Shown here piece by piece: positions 63,436 through 64,000 of a stretch of 64,000 nucleotides of DNA. Numbering within the stretch: position 1 is the stretch's first letter; each line of letters starts with the position of its first letter. Source of the stretch: Takakia lepidozioides (Eukaryota; Plantae; Bryophyta); NCBI GenBank assembly GCA_030704615.1, contig CM060733.1, positions 53,320,001 to 53,384,000 on the forward strand, given 5' to 3'. Made by a program: the position numbers and the translations under genes. The notes under the pieces are model-generated. The model made no database searches. It worked only from the letters and a program-made list of their open reading frames with translations, and had not been told where the DNA came from.

Positions 63436-64000
63436 GGACATTAATTTATTTTTTTTAATTTTGTGGCAGTTCTTTACGCAGGGTGTGGAGGGCATTACCC
63501 TATACGTAACAAACGAAGCTGCCCGTTTTCGAGACTGCCCGTTTCTCCTCTGCGTAGTAACAACAATTGTTGCCCAAGTTTGAAAATTGTCTGCCCAATA
63601 TTAAGAATAATAAATCCATAAAACATGGGGGACAGATTCCATAATCTGGGATTACAGCTCCTGTCCCCCGGCAAAAACCTGTAATCACTTGACAGGGAAA
63701 ATTCCTGTCAGGGAAGCCCTAATTTTAACAAAGCCAAAAAATCTGAAGGTTTTTACTGTGCGAGTGTGGCGGGTATCACATACAAATCAGGGGTGGTGAG
63801 CGAGAATAGGGGGCTTCCAATCGTGGGTGTTGCAGCAGCACTAGGTCTCGTGCCGACTCGCCTCCAGGCTGACAATGCACATAAAACACTACAAGTTTTA
63901 CGACCCTAATGACGCCTACTCCCACCACTTGACATGTGTACCCTAATAACCACCCTAATCTCTGATCCATCCTCTTTCCCGTTGTGTGACCTTCTTCAGG

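Overview
Eukaryotic land-plant nuclear DNA, most likely a bryophyte (an early-diverging moss is my inference from repeat style, C3HDZ sequence and the regular PLS-PPR array). The left ~29 kb is a repeat and pseudogene zone. It holds an ATX3/4/5-type SET-domain remnant, non-autonomous hAT elements with 8-bp TSDs, head-to-tail non-autonomous Helitrons, a LINE endonuclease scrap, a local duplication, a dead nuclease-like+kinase gene, a dead E-DYW editing-factor fragment and one intact 4-exon coiled-coil gene. The right ~35 kb is gene-rich. It holds an 18-exon class III HD-Zip gene with an intron-split miR165/166 site, a conserved 'MAAAEARAVWQRT' family gene, a PLS-PPR gene fused to an N-terminal OSB-type PDF motif with a decayed DYW domain, and an intronless CYP74 on the minus strand. 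The most notable observations are: (i) the PDF-motif/PLS-PPR fusion, with an intact RNA-recognition code but a dead deaminase; (ii) a 376-bp TRIM whose LTRs each embed a tRNA-like Pol III cassette (TATA, cloverleaf, TTTT); (iii) a CYP74 with mixed AOS/HPL determinants. All calls were made by eye; no database searches were run.
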